DNA of 45,239 nucleotides from Candidatus Parcubacteria bacterium (GCA_026395675.1 JAPLYF010000084.1:1-45239); one strand, 5' to 3'; shown: positions 9,923 to 20,040, numbered from the stretch's first letter. Made by a program: numbers and translations. The notes: generated from the sequence alone by a model not told the origin.

Positions 9923-10459
9923 TTAAACTCCTTCATAAATTTCAATCTTATCACCGGGTTTTAAAGTCACTACTGCTTTTTTCCAATTTTTCTTTTTGCC
10001 AAAGGTGCGTCCGGATTTAACATATTTACCCCGCGCATTAATTATATTCACTCTCAGTGGCTTTACACCATAAAGATTTTCAATCGCTTTTTTAATCACA
10101 ATTTTATTGGCTGATTTATTTACGGCAAAAGAATATTTATTTTGTGTTACTAAATGGGTGGCCTTTTCCGTGACTAAGGGCTTTATTAAAACCCGATAAG
10201 CATCTTTACTGCCTTCTTTTTTAACCTTCTGGTCTTTAATTTCTTTAACAGGCGCCTTTTCTTCTGCTTTCAGCTTTAAAGTTGTGTGTTTCTGTTTCTT
10301 TTCTTCTTTTTTTAGCTCAGTTTTTACTCTTTCTTTTTTTGCTGCAGCGACCGAACCCTTTTTGGCTTCCGTAACTTTTGCAAAAGGGGCTGCTGGGCTA
10401 GATTCTTTCTTTTTACCCGTACCTCTTATTTTCTTTTTTATTCTATCAAATAAACTCAT
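9923..10459 (-). CDS. rplW: 50S ribosomal protein L23 with long Lys/Glu-rich N-terminal extension
   Basis: PLVTEKA..WKKAVVTL core in C-terminal half. Confidence 0.95.
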   Translation of the reverse strand: MSLFDRIKKKIRGTGKKKESSPAAPFAKVTEAKKGSVAAAKKERVKTELKKEEKKQKHTTLKLKAEEKAPVKEIKDQKVKKEGSKDAYRVLIKPLVTEKATHLVTQNKYSFAVNKSANKIVIKKAIENLYGVKPLRVNIINARGKYVKSGRTFGKKKNWKKAVVTLKPGDKIEIYEGV

Positions 10460-10463
10460 AATT

Positions 10464-11099
10464 TTATCTTTTATAGGTCTCTATAATTTTTTTAATGCCT
10501 TCTTTATCAGTTAAAAAATAATCTGCCTTTAAAATATCCACCACATTCAAGCTATTGGCTAAAATGGCCTTAACTTTTTTTAAATTTCTGGTTGATTTAA
10601 AAATATTTTCATTTTTTTGAGGCAGCGAAATTAAAATTCTCGCTTCCTTTTTTATTGGCAACTTCTTAAGAATTTTTACAATCTCTTTTGTCTTAATCTT
10701 AGGCATTTCCATTTTTTCCACTACAATCAAGGAATCTCCCTTGACCTTGTCTGTGAGTGTCATAAAAAGAGCTTTGGTCTTCATTTTCTTATTGATTTTC
10801 TTGCCAAATTCTCTTTCTTTGCGCGGACCAAAAGTTATGCCGCCGCCTTTCCATAAAGGCGATCGAATAGACCCGCTTCTAGCTCGGCCCGTGCCTTTTT
10901 GACGCCATGGTTTCCTGCCGCCCCCTCTGACTTCGCCTTTAGTTTTGGTATGCGCCAATTTTTTTCTGGCACTAGCTTGCTGAGCTTCAACCACCTGATG
11001 GACAAGATTTGGATTAATTTCAGTCCCAAAAATTTCTGAATCCAATTTCAGTTCTTCGGTTTCCTTGCCTTCTAAATTGTAGACTTTAACTTTTACCAT
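10464..11099 (-). CDS. rplD: 50S ribosomal protein L4
   Basis: GGGRKPWRQKGTGRARSGSIRSP; ATG 11099 preferred over TTG 11114. Confidence 0.98.
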   Translation of the reverse strand: MVKVKVYNLEGKETEELKLDSEIFGTEINPNLVHQVVEAQQASARKKLAHTKTKGEVRGGGRKPWRQKGTGRARSGSIRSPLWKGGGITFGPRKEREFGKKINKKMKTKALFMTLTDKVKGDSLIVVEKMEMPKIKTKEIVKILKKLPIKKEARILISLPQKNENIFKSTRNLKKVKAILANSLNVVDILKADYFLTDKEGIKKIIETYKR

Positions 11100-11119
11100 A
11101 TCTAAATAATTCAATTTTG

Positions 11120-11863
11120 TTATTGGACTTTTACTTCTTCTTTATTTTCTGTCTTAGCTTCTGTTACTTCAACTTTGTCTGCCACTTTTGGGGCAACTTC
11201 TTCAGCGGGCTCTGAGACTTTAGATGTTGTAATCGCCTCAAGCTTCATTTCACCCGGGGCATAAATCTCCACCAAACTATTACGACTGCCTGGGATAGCA
11301 CCCTTAATATATAACAAATTCTTTTCCGGCTCAATCTCAATTATTTCTAAATTCTTTATTGTCGCCTGCTCTCCGCCCATCCGCCCTCCCATTTTTGTCC
11401 CTTTAAAAGTATGGGCGACACCCTTAGCGCCGACGGAACCAGAATGTCTTAATTGATCCTTGGTACCATGAGTTTTAGGTGCACCATGAAAACCGTGTCG
11501 TTTAACAACGCCTTGGAAACCTTTTCCCTTGGTTTTGCCGACAACATCAACTAAATCACCCTTAACAAAAATGTTGACATTTATATTCTGCCCTTTTTGA
11601 TATTCTACCTTATTGTCAGCTTCTAATCTCAATTCTTTTAAATATCTAGCTTTTTTTATGTTTCTTAAATGGCCGCCTAATGGCTTATTTAGCTTTTTCT
11701 TTTCAGCATAACCCACCTGAATGGACTGATAACCGTCTTTCTCTGCAGTTTTCACTTGGGTAATAAAACAAGGGCCGGCCTGGATAACTGTCACTGGCAC
11801 CACTTGACCATCAGCTGAAAATTTCTGGGTCATGCTTATTTTTTTGCCTAGAATATATTTCAT
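11120..11863 (-). CDS. rplC: 50S ribosomal protein L3
   Basis: PVTVIQAGPC, KGKGFQGVVKRHGF. Confidence 0.98.
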   Translation of the reverse strand: MKYILGKKISMTQKFSADGQVVPVTVIQAGPCFITQVKTAEKDGYQSIQVGYAEKKKLNKPLGGHLRNIKKARYLKELRLEADNKVEYQKGQNINVNIFVKGDLVDVVGKTKGKGFQGVVKRHGFHGAPKTHGTKDQLRHSGSVGAKGVAHTFKGTKMGGRMGGEQATIKNLEIIEIEPEKNLLYIKGAIPGSRNSLVEIYAPGEMKLEAITTSKVSEPAEEVAPKVADKVEVTEAKTENKEEVKVQ

Positions 11864-12090
11864 AATCTTTTTTCAAGAAATAAAAAATCTGGTATTCACC
11901 AAATCCAGATTTTAAAAAAATAAAAATTTCCGTAAAAAAGTGGTTTTTCTGGATTTTAATTTTTAGTGATTTTTTATTTCTCCTTGCCTAATTTTTTGAA
12001 TATAAAGGTTTTTCCTTGGAAACTTTCTTTATATTCAAAAATTTAGATTCTAGTTTTAAAAATTAACAAGATTCTTACTGTAATAGTAAT

Positions 12091-12119
12091 AGCTTAAACT
12101 TTTTATTACTTCCTGTCAA
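12091..12119 (-). promoter_or_regulatory. Putative sigma70 promoter for rplC operon
   Basis: TTGACA-17 nt-TAAGCT just downstream of the rpsJ stop. Confidence 0.5.
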
Positions 12120-12122
12120 GCG

Positions 12123-12464
12123 CTACATTTTTATTTCAATATCAACCCCAGCGGGCAAATTTAAGCTCATCAAGGCATCGACTGTGGCCGGTGTCGGCTC
12201 AATAATATCAATCAGTCGTTTGTGAATGCGCATCTCATACTGATCCCTAGCATTTTTATGGACAAAAGTGGAACTTAAAACTGTATATTTCTTTTTTTCT
12301 ACTGGCAAGGGAATGGGGCCGGCTACCTGGGCGCCCGTTCTTTGAGCGGTATCTAAGATAGTTCGAGTTGACTGATCAATAATTTTGTGATCATAAGCCC
12401 GAATTTTGATTCTGATCCTTTGTTTTTCTTCAATTTTATCTTTGGCTTTAACCTTGTCTGTCAT
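12123..12464 (-). CDS. rpsJ: 30S ribosomal protein S10
   Basis: [24 protein letters not shown]. Confidence 0.98.
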   Translation of the reverse strand: MTDKVKAKDKIEEKQRIRIKIRAYDHKIIDQSTRTILDTAQRTGAQVAGPIPLPVEKKKYTVLSSTFVHKNARDQYEMRIHKRLIDIIEPTPATVDALMSLNLPAGVDIEIKM

Positions 12465-12509
12465 GTTATTAAATTTTTAAATTTGCAAATATAAAATAAC
12501 TTTATAAAG

Positions 12510-12537
12510 GTCCTCTCCCCAGTTACGGGGAGAGGAC
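12510..12537 (-). terminator. Hairpin downstream of tuf
   Basis: GTCCTCTCCCC-6-GGGGAGAGGAC perfect 11-bp stem; weak U tract. Confidence 0.6.
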
Positions 12538-12546
12538 TAAAATATA

Positions 12547-13737
12547 TTAAGCAATAATCTTTGTTACTGCACCTGCGCCAACAGTTTTACCGCCTTCTCT
12601 GATAGCAAATTTGGATTTTTCTTCCAAAGCAACGGGGGCGATAAGCTTAATCTTCAACTGAACAGTATCTCCAGGCATAACCATTTCAGCGCCGCCAAGG
12701 ATTTCAATCTCCCCGGTAACATCAGTAGTGCGAATATAAAATTGAGGCTTGTATCCCTTAAAGAATGGTTTATGTCTGCCACCTTCTTCTTTGGATAGAA
12801 CATAAATCTGGCCTTCGAATTCAGTATGCGGCGTAATTGAACCTGGCTTGGCCACAACTTGGCCTCTTTCAACTTCTTCTTTTTTAGTGCCACGCAATAA
12901 TAAACCCGCATTATCTCCAGCGCGTCCTTCATCTAAAGATTTGTTAAACATTTCAATGCCAGTGATAACGGTTTTCTGGGTAGGTTTAATGCCAATAATT
13001 TCTACTTCATCATTTAATTTAACAATGCCTCTTTCAATTCTGCCTGTCACAACAGTGCCTCGTCCTTCAATTGAGAAAACATCTTCAACGGGCATTAAGA
13101 ATGGTTTATCAGTATCTCTGACTGGTTCAGGTATATATGAATCTAGTGCGTCCAATAATTCCTTAATGCATTTAGTTGCTTCTTCATCTTTTGGATTTTC
13201 CAAGGCCTTTAAAGCAGAACCTTTAATCACGGGAGTTTTATCTCCTGGGAATTCGTATTTTGTTAAAAGTTCTCTGACTTCTTCCTCTACTAATTTTATT
13301 AATTCTGGATCTGAAACCTGATCAACTTTGTTTAAGAAAACAACAATTGAAGGTACACCTACCTGTCTGGCTAACAAAATGTGCTCCCTGGTTTGAGGCA
13401 TTGGGCCATCAGTTGCAGCCACAACTAATATAGCGCCATCCATTTGAGCAGCGCCAGTTATCATGTTCTTAATGTAATCAGCGTGTCCAGGACAGTCAAC
13501 ATGCGCATAATGCCTCTTTTCTGTTTCATATTCAACATGAGCTGTCGCAATGGTAATGCCGCGCTCTTTTTCTTCAGGAGCATTGTCAATTTGGTCTACA
13601 TTTTTATTAGAGGCCTTTAAACCATGATTGAGGCAATATTGTAAAATTGCCGCAGTTAAAGTTGTTTTACCATGGTCAACGTGGCCGATTGTACCCACAT
13701 TAATATGTGGTTTTGTGCGTTCAAATTTTTCTGCCAT
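12547..13737 (-). CDS. tuf: Elongation factor Tu
   Basis: [26 protein letters not shown]. Confidence 0.99.
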   Translation of the reverse strand: MAEKFERTKPHINVGTIGHVDHGKTTLTAAILQYCLNHGLKASNKNVDQIDNAPEEKERGITIATAHVEYETEKRHYAHVDCPGHADYIKNMITGAAQMDGAILVVAATDGPMPQTREHILLARQVGVPSIVVFLNKVDQVSDPELIKLVEEEVRELLTKYEFPGDKTPVIKGSALKALENPKDEEATKCIKELLDALDSYIPEPVRDTDKPFLMPVEDVFSIEGRGTVVTGRIERGIVKLNDEVEIIGIKPTQKTVITGIEMFNKSLDEGRAGDNAGLLLRGTKKEEVERGQVVAKPGSITPHTEFEGQIYVLSKEEGGRHKPFFKGYKPQFYIRTTDVTGEIEILGGAEMVMPGDTVQLKIKLIAPVALEEKSKFAIREGGKTVGAGAVTKIIA

Positions 13738-13845
13738 ATTATTTTTTTAAAACTCCTAAAGAAGCGGCCTCAACCCTTGGCTGAGTTTTATCCAACCACT
13801 TCCCTAATTTTTGTTATCTTTATTGATTAATGAAATGCAATTTTT

Positions 13846-13873
13846 ATTATAACACAATATTAAATTTTGACAA
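13846..13873 (-). promoter_or_regulatory. Putative sigma70 promoter of tuf
   Basis: TTGTCA-16 nt-TATAAT with extended -10 TG. Confidence 0.55.
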
Positions 13874-13880
13874 GTTTGTT

Positions 13881-14201
13881 TTAGTCCTCATCCTCAACTG
13901 GCTCAAAATAGTACTGATCTTCATTTTCCTCTTTTAATTTCTCTTCAGTTTTTGGCTCTAAATCTTGCCAGTCTTCGAGTAATTTTTCATCTTCCTGCGT
14001 CGCTTTCCAAATAGCTATATCTTTATTGATTTTATTTAATAATTCCTCTTCTGAAAAATTCTTAACTTCGCTATATTTAAAAATTAAACTTTCATAATCC
14101 TTGGCTGATAAAATAATATAAAGATCGCCCTTTTCATCTTCAAATAAATAACGATCCCCTGTTTTTCTGATTAATTCTAATATTTTATTTAAATTTTTCA
14201 T
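13881..14201 (-). CDS. Hypothetical acidic protein
   Basis: 106-aa ORF, ATG start, acidic C-terminus EDQYYFEPVEDED. Confidence 0.75.
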   Translation of the reverse strand: MKNLNKILELIRKTGDRYLFEDEKGDLYIILSAKDYESLIFKYSEVKNFSEEELLNKINKDIAIWKATQEDEKLLEDWQDLEPKTEEKLKEENEDQYYFEPVEDED

Positions 14202-14258
14202 AGAATAATTATCGTTTCTGTATTTTTTTATATTAACTTAGAAAAAAAATAAAGTCAA

Positions 14259-14293
14259 GAGCCGCTTAACCTAACGATTTGGTTAAGCGGCTC
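14259..14293. terminator. Hairpin downstream of HD-domain gene
   Basis: GAGCCGCTTAACC-9-GGTTAAGCGGCTC perfect 13-bp stem. Confidence 0.6.
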
Positions 14294-14318
14294 AAAAGAA
14301 AATGACTGTTTGGGCTAA

Positions 14319-15224
14319 TTACTGAGGATAAAGCGATCCAATTATTGCCTGTTGATCTGCGACTACTAACAAAGGCATAAATTTTGGACCAATTCTACCC
14401 AGTTCGCTGAGAATCTTCCCCATAACATCATCATGGGATAAAATTGCTCGGCGATAGCACCTCGGTCCTCTCATGCCATCATAGACATCCAGGGTGGTCA
14501 AAAGTCCCAATAACTGCTGGAATTTTTCATCCTGCAATAAGCCGTGGAAAAGCATGAGCCAGCCATTGGTCGGATAGCCAAGATTTAAATAGTGGTGGGC
14601 CAAGGCCAAACCAGTCACTCTTAAAGGAACTGCGAACATTTCACCTAGGGGGAAAAACAAAGCAGGATGGATTTTGCGGCATTCCTTTTGCAAAGGCGTA
14701 AATTCACCGGGCGTTTCCCAAAAACCAGATGGAAAACCCAATTTACCCAAATCATGGTAAAAAGCTGCATTTTCAAGGCATTCCCAATCATCCTGGCTAA
14801 AATACAATTTGGTTTTTATTTGCGCAAATTCCCTTATCCCCAAGTCTGGGAAACAGACAAAACCAAATTTTTCATAATGATCCTCTTTTAGCACAGAAAT
14901 TATTTTGGCAATGCGGATTGAATGATGGTAGCTATCGCCATGGAATGGATGCAGGCAATCTGACAAAACAATCTGCAACCAATCTTGCCAGTTCCAACCG
15001 AGAGCTTCATTTTTCAGTAATTTTTCACCAGCTTCAATTATGCTCGGCGACCTCCTTAAATTTTTGGCTAAGCATTTTAAGTGGTAAATTTCTTTTTTGT
15101 GTAGTGGCTGATCCTTGTGTAGTTTGTCCTTTCTTTGGGTGACCGCCCAAATTAAAAATTGGGTCTGGTAGTTAAATGTTTTAAAATCGCGCTGACTACT
15201 AAGTTCGTAGAGCTTAGCACTCAT
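14319..15224 (-). CDS. HD-GYP-like phosphohydrolase
   Basis: HHSIRIA, AAFYHDLGK, IHP, AHH..LGYP, DVYDGM..R.YR; strong GGAGG SD. Confidence 0.75.
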   Translation of the reverse strand: MSAKLYELSSQRDFKTFNYQTQFLIWAVTQRKDKLHKDQPLHKKEIYHLKCLAKNLRRSPSIIEAGEKLLKNEALGWNWQDWLQIVLSDCLHPFHGDSYHHSIRIAKIISVLKEDHYEKFGFVCFPDLGIREFAQIKTKLYFSQDDWECLENAAFYHDLGKLGFPSGFWETPGEFTPLQKECRKIHPALFFPLGEMFAVPLRVTGLALAHHYLNLGYPTNGWLMLFHGLLQDEKFQQLLGLLTTLDVYDGMRGPRCYRRAILSHDDVMGKILSELGRIGPKFMPLLVVADQQAIIGSLYPQ

Positions 15225-15283
15225 GCCTCCCTCCTTTCTGTAATTCTATTTTAATTTTTTCTTAATCGATTTCAAAACACAAA

Positions 15284-15308
15284 AAAATTACCCGGTAAGG
15301 GTAATTTT
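15284..15308 (-). terminator. Intrinsic terminator in leader of HD-domain gene
   Basis: AAATTACCC-TTACC-GGGTAATTT followed by U run on minus strand. Confidence 0.55.
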
Positions 15309-15446
15309 TCCAAGCCCCACCAGAAAACTACACTGAGAAACCCAGCTCTGTCTCCAAAGCTAAGATTTTCAGTTAGTAAACAAGTAGGGTTTTATGCCTT
15401 AACTTTAAATCATAATCAAATATGCGTCAAGTCAATTTTTTGCTAA

Positions 15447-15537
15447 TTATAAACAAAATATCAACATGTTTGTACACATAGTTATAAACATACTTACCCA
15501 CATAGTTATGCGCAGATTTATTCACGAATTATGCACA
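15447..15537 (+). promoter_or_regulatory. Array of eight co-oriented DnaA-box-like 9-mers at 11-12 bp spacing
   Basis: TTATAAACA, ATATCAACA, TTGTACACA, TTATAAACA, TTACCCACA, TTATGCGCA, TTATTCACG, TTATGCACA vs consensus TTATCCACA. Confidence 0.65.
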
Positions 15538-15607
15538 AGAGAAATTTAACATCTAAAATTAAAAGACGAGAATTTATCTCGCCTTTTTTAATTATCTAAT
15601 AAATAAA

Positions 15608-17683
15608 TTATTTTTTCTTCCCTTCAATTATTTTCAAGGCAATATTATTTGGCACTTCAGCATAATGGTCAAATTCCATGGAAAAGGTCGCGCGGCCTTG
15701 GGTGGCTGATCTTAAAGAAGTCGCGTAACCAAACATTTCCGAGAGCGGCACCATGCCATCAACCACTTTCATTTTACCGCGTTCGGTCATTTGAGTAATC
15801 TGAGCTCTTTTGGCATTTAAATCGCCAATCACATCGCCCATAAATTGCTCGGGCACTACCACTTCAATCTTCATGATTGGCTCCAAAATAATTGGCTTGG
15901 CTTTTTTTGCTGCATCCTGAAAGGCCATGGAACCAGCAATCTTAAAGGCAATTTCTGAAGAATCAACCTCGTGATATGAGCCGTCGAATAAAGTTGCTTT
16001 AACGTCAACCACTGGATAACCAGCTAAAATTCCTTTGGTGACTGCTTCTTTAATACCTTTTTCCACAGCTGGAATAAATTCTCTTGGGATAGCTCCGCCT
16101 TTAATCTCATCCACAAATTCAAAGCCCTCACCTCGATCCCGCGGTTCGATTTTTATCCAGCAATGGCCATACTGGCCGCGACCGCCTGATTGTTTTATGT
16201 ATTTGCCTTCAGCTTCTGCCAAACCCTTAACGGTTTCTTTGTAAGCCACCTGGGGCGCGCCGACATTGGCTTCAACCTTAAATTCTCTTTTCATGCGGTC
16301 AACAATGATTTCCAAATGCAATTCGCCCATACCAGAAATAATGGTCTGTAAAGTTTCTTCGTTGGTATGAATTTTGAAAGTCGGATCTTCCTCAGCTAAT
16401 TTCTGCATGGCCATGCCCATTTTTTCCTGATCAACTTTAGTTTTTGGTTCAATGGCCACGGAAATAACCGGTTCAGGAAAAATAATTTGTTCCAAAATAA
16501 TTGGTTTTTTCTCATCGCATAAACTATTGCCTGTAATTGTATTTTTTAAGCCAATGGCAGCTGCGATTTCACCAGAAAAAACTTCGTCCACATCTTCGCG
16601 CGCATTAGCATGCAAACGCACAATGCGGCCAATTCTTTCCTTATCGCCTGTGGCAGTATTTAAAACATATGAGCCCGCTTTTAAACTGCCGGAATAAACC
16701 CGGAAAAAAGCTAATTTGCCGACAAAGGGATCAGTGGCAATTTTAAAAGCCAAAGCGCAAAATGGCCCGTCATCTTTGGCTTCGCGAATTTCTTCTACGC
16801 CAGTGTCGGGATTTTTGCCTTTGATCGGAGGCACATCTAAAGGCGACGGCAAATAGGCAACCACTGCATCCAAAACAAACTGGACACCAATATTTTTTAA
16901 AGCAGAACCGCATAAAACCGGATGAAAATCATTTCTGACTGTTGCCTTGCGGATCACCTGTTTAACTTGGTTTAAATCCAGTTCTTCGCCTGCTAAATAT
17001 TTATTCATTAAGTCCTCATCATTTTCCGCTACTTTTTCCAGTAAAACTTTCCTTAATTCTTCAACTTTGGCTTTTAGATTTTCCGGGATTGGTATTTCTT
17101 CAACATTCTGACCATATTCGCCAGTGAATTTATAAGCTTTCCTTTCTAATAACTCAACCAGGCCCTCAAAAGTTTCTTCAGCGCCAATCGGAATCTGAAC
17201 TGCTACGGCATGGGGAGACAAACGTTCCTGTATTGATTCTAAGCTCATATAAAAATCCGCGCCCATCTTATCCATTTTATTAACAAAAGCAATTCTCGGT
17301 ACATTATATTTTGCTGCTTGGTGCCAGACAGTTTCAGATTGTGGTTCTACGCCTTGCGAACCATCAAAAACAGCCACAGCCCCGTCCAAAACGCGTAATG
17401 ACCTTTCAACTTCAACAGTAAAATCAACGTGTCCTGGGGTATCAATTATATTAATGCGGTGATCCTTCCAAAAACAAGTTGTAGCGGCAGCAGTAATAGT
17501 AATGCCTCTTTCTTTTTCCTGTTCCATCCAGTCCATTTCTGCTTCGCCATAATGGACTTCACCGATTTTATGTTTTTTCCCAGTATAAAACAAGACACGT
17601 TCTGTCATGGTTGTTTTGCCAGCATCAATGTGAGCCATAATGCCGATATTTCTTGTTTTTTCTAATGCATATTCTCTAGGCAT
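15608..17683 (-). CDS. fusA: Elongation factor G
   Basis: [31 protein letters not shown]. Confidence 0.99.
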   Translation of the reverse strand: MPREYALEKTRNIGIMAHIDAGKTTMTERVLFYTGKKHKIGEVHYGEAEMDWMEQEKERGITITAAATTCFWKDHRINIIDTPGHVDFTVEVERSLRVLDGAVAVFDGSQGVEPQSETVWHQAAKYNVPRIAFVNKMDKMGADFYMSLESIQERLSPHAVAVQIPIGAEETFEGLVELLERKAYKFTGEYGQNVEEIPIPENLKAKVEELRKVLLEKVAENDEDLMNKYLAGEELDLNQVKQVIRKATVRNDFHPVLCGSALKNIGVQFVLDAVVAYLPSPLDVPPIKGKNPDTGVEEIREAKDDGPFCALAFKIATDPFVGKLAFFRVYSGSLKAGSYVLNTATGDKERIGRIVRLHANAREDVDEVFSGEIAAAIGLKNTITGNSLCDEKKPIILEQIIFPEPVISVAIEPKTKVDQEKMGMAMQKLAEEDPTFKIHTNEETLQTIISGMGELHLEIIVDRMKREFKVEANVGAPQVAYKETVKGLAEAEGKYIKQSGGRGQYGHCWIKIEPRDRGEGFEFVDEIKGGAIPREFIPAVEKGIKEAVTKGILAGYPVVDVKATLFDGSYHEVDSSEIAFKIAGSMAFQDAAKKAKPIILEPIMKIEVVVPEQFMGDVIGDLNAKRAQITQMTERGKMKVVDGMVPLSEMFGYATSLRSATQGRATFSMEFDHYAEVPNNIALKIIEGKKK

Positions 17684-17695
17684 AAAATAAATTAT

Positions 17696-17756
17696 TAACT
17701 GAACCGCGAATTTTTTTCACGAATTACACTAATTTTTAATTTGTGTGATTAGTGGT
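17696..17756. repeat. Intergenic CACGAA-type inverted repeat element, copy lacking the 22-bp insert
   Basis: TGAACCGCGAATTTTTTTCACGAATTACACTAA aligns to 41468-41523 minus the double hairpin. Confidence 0.7.
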
Positions 17757-18109
17757 TATAAATTAGTGTTTAAGTTTACATCTTTAAATCGCTCTTCGTT
17801 CTTTTTTAACTTATTAAAAAATTCTTTCTCTAAATCAACATCCAACAAATAAGAAAGAATCATTGTGTAAATAAATACATCGGTTAGTTCTTCTTTTATT
17901 AAGCTAACGAAATCCTTTTGTCCATCAGTAGATAACCGATAATTTCTTACTTTTTCACGATAATATTTTTTAACTAAATTAGCGAGTTCCCCAGTTTCTC
18001 CAGCTAAACAAGTCATCAGATAAAGTAACCTATCTGGCGTCAGTTTTATTTCTCCGAAATGCATTTTATCAAAATCTTTCTGTTTCTCTATGATATCTTT
18101 TAAATCCAT
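17756..18109 (-). CDS. MazG-like nucleotide pyrophosphohydrolase
   Basis: LAGETGELANLVKK..EELTDVFIY (ExxE..ExxD) motif. Confidence 0.8.
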   Translation of the reverse strand: MDLKDIIEKQKDFDKMHFGEIKLTPDRLLYLMTCLAGETGELANLVKKYYREKVRNYRLSTDGQKDFVSLIKEELTDVFIYTMILSYLLDVDLEKEFFNKLKKNEERFKDVNLNTNL

Positions 18110-18114
18110 ATGAA

Positions 18115-18585
18115 TTAATATCTCGCAAAATGGGCAAAGGCGCGGTTGGCTTCTGCCATCTTATGAGTATCAACCTTTTTCTTAAATGCTTCGCCAGTTT
18201 CATTGGCAGCATCTACAAGTTCTAATGATAATTTTTCTGCCATGGTCTGTCCTTTTCTTTTTTTGGCTGCCTCAATCAGCCAACGGGAAGCCAAGGCAAA
18301 TCTTCTTTCTGCCCTGACCGGAAAAGGAATCTGATAATTAGCACCGCCGATTCTGCGACCGCGCACTTCCAAAGAAGGGCCAATATTTTTTAAGGCCTTT
18401 TCAAAAATTTCCAAGGCATCCTGCTTGGTTTTATTGGAAATTTGGTCAAATGCATCATAAACAACCTTTTGCGCGATTGATTTCTTGCCACGCCTCATTA
18501 TGTAATTGATAAACTTGGCTATCTGGAGATTGTGAAATTTTGAATCTAGTAAAATTTCTCTTTTAGTAGCTTGTTTTCCTCTCAT
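18115..18585 (-). CDS. rpsG: 30S ribosomal protein S7
   Basis: RRIGGANYQIP, HKMAEANRAFAHF. Confidence 0.98.
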   Translation of the reverse strand: MRGKQATKREILLDSKFHNLQIAKFINYIMRRGKKSIAQKVVYDAFDQISNKTKQDALEIFEKALKNIGPSLEVRGRRIGGANYQIPFPVRAERRFALASRWLIEAAKKRKGQTMAEKLSLELVDAANETGEAFKKKVDTHKMAEANRAFAHFARY

Positions 18586-18603
18586 AATTATAAAATCAAT
18601 AAT

Positions 18604-19038
18604 TTAGGCAGCTTTCTTGGCTGCTTTACTCTTTTTAACTCCGTAAATCGATCGGCCTTTTTGCCTGCCTTCAACCCCCAAGGTGTCATAGCGGCCGCGG
18701 ACAATGTGATAACGCACACCAGGCAAATCCTTAACCCTGCCGCCGCGAATCATGACTATTGAGTGCTCTTGCAAATTGTGCCCTTCGCCTGGAATATAGG
18801 CAGTTACTTCCATGCCATTAGAGAGCCGGACTCTGGCAATCTTTCTTAGGGCTGAATTAGGTTTTTTAGGAGTAGTAGTTGTTACTTTTAAACAAACGCC
18901 TCTTTTATAGGGATTTCCTTTAACCAAATAATTTCTTTTTCTTTTCAAAGTATTAAAAACACTTTCCAAAGCAGGTGTTTTAGATTTTTTCCCCATTTTT
19001 TTTCTTCCTTTTTTAACTAGTTGACTGATCGTCGGCAT
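18604..19038 (-). CDS. rpsL: 30S ribosomal protein S12
   Basis: [21 protein letters not shown]. Confidence 0.99.
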   Translation of the reverse strand: MPTISQLVKKGRKKMGKKSKTPALESVFNTLKRKRNYLVKGNPYKRGVCLKVTTTTPKKPNSALRKIARVRLSNGMEVTAYIPGEGHNLQEHSIVMIRGGRVKDLPGVRYHIVRGRYDTLGVEGRQKGRSIYGVKKSKAAKKAA

Positions 19039-19075
19039 AATAAAAATATAAATTTCAAATTTTAAATTAAAAATA

Positions 19076-19105
19076 TCAGCCAGTGGCTGATCAGCCTTTG
19101 GCTGA
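19076..19105. repeat. 30-bp double-hairpin palindrome TCAGCC-AGT-GGCTGA-TCAGCC-TTT-GGCTGA in rpsL leader
   Basis: Reverse complement of 20749-20778 except compensatory changes in both stems. Confidence 0.85.
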
Positions 19106-19137
19106 AAAAATAAAACTCTGTGTTTTATTGTAACTTT

Positions 19138-19166
19138 ATTCTACATTTAAGTTGCGAAAAAGTCAA
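19138..19166 (-). promoter_or_regulatory. Putative sigma70 promoter of str operon
   Basis: TTGACT-17 nt-TAGAAT upstream of rpsL. Confidence 0.6.
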
Positions 19167-19170
19167 GGAT

Positions 19171-19842
19171 TTAAAATAAACTATAAATCTTACCAAATAA
19201 ATTTATTATTAAAGTAAAGATAAAGCTAATTATGCCAATATTTAAAAAACTATCCATAATTATTAAAATCATCAAAATCATTGGGCCATTTTTCTCCAGA
19301 TAAAATTGAAGATGTTCGTATTTTGGCGGCAGGACGGCAAATAAAGCATGAGCACCATCAAGCGGCGGTATGGGAAGCAAATTAAAAATCATTAGCACCA
19401 GGTTATAAACAACCAAAAATGAAAGGAAAATTAAAAGCAAGTTGCCAGAAGCGCTAATAACCTGAAATGGGTCAGCAGGATTTAGGGAAGCAGGGGCGAT
19501 TAGTTTAAAAACAAGGGCAAAAATTATAATGCTTAATAAATTGGCGCCTGGTCCGGCCAAAGAAACCAGAGCCGGACCCCATTTTTGATCTTTTAAATTA
19601 TAATAATTGACTGGCACGGGCTTGCCCCAGCCAAAACCGATTGTCAAAAGTAAAATTGTGCCTAAAAAATCCAGGTGAGCCAAAGGATTTAAAGTTAAAC
19701 GACCAGCGGATTTGGCAGTATTATCTCCTAGGGCTGTAGCCGCTAAAGCATGGCAAAATTCATGGAAAGACAGGGCAATAAGCAAGGACAAAACAATGGG
19801 TAAAAAAATCAATGGTTCTTGAAATAATAGACTAATCAACAT
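19171..19842 (-). CDS. Site-2 protease (peptidase M50) family protein
   Basis: HEFCH, LAGPGAN, FNLLPIPPLDG. Confidence 0.93.
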   Translation of the reverse strand: MLISLLFQEPLIFLPIVLSLLIALSFHEFCHALAATALGDNTAKSAGRLTLNPLAHLDFLGTILLLTIGFGWGKPVPVNYYNLKDQKWGPALVSLAGPGANLLSIIIFALVFKLIAPASLNPADPFQVISASGNLLLIFLSFLVVYNLVLMIFNLLPIPPLDGAHALFAVLPPKYEHLQFYLEKNGPMILMILIIMDSFLNIGIISFIFTLIINLFGKIYSLF

Positions 19843-19890
19843 ATTATAACTTGATTTTAAATGATTTATCTGTTAAACTGGGTATATTGA

Positions 19891-20012
19891 TAACTGAACT
19901 ACGAAATTTTAATCACGAAAACTCGCGAAATTATAAGTAGTGGTTCAATTTAAATTTTAGTGCCTTTCGTCCCAAAGGGATCCCTTCGGGATGAAAAAAT
20001 TTTCGTGGTTCA
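19891..20012. repeat. About 120-bp MITE-like element with GAACYACGAAA/TTTCGTGGTTC ends and a 22-bp insert (19970-19991)
   Basis: 57 bp with 2 mismatches to reverse complement of 41468-41524; weaker homology over the rest. Confidence 0.8.
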
Positions 20013-20040
20013 GACCCACATTATTAATTATCATATCATT

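Noticed and set aside
10365..10390. Degenerate palindrome in the rplW extension (PFAKVTEA)
   Set aside because: Only about 13/21 identity to the 20558 hairpin and poor pairing; not supportable.
15447..15537. CRISPR array or confirmed oriC
   Set aside because: The 12-bp period is far too short for CRISPR and there are no cas genes. oriC is unsupported without dnaA/dnaN or a strand switch.
19960..20040. N-terminal extensions of rpmB (also rpsH 4803-4856 and GT2 35939-36010)
   Set aside because: They run through repeats or an overlapping gene; conserved protein starts lie downstream.
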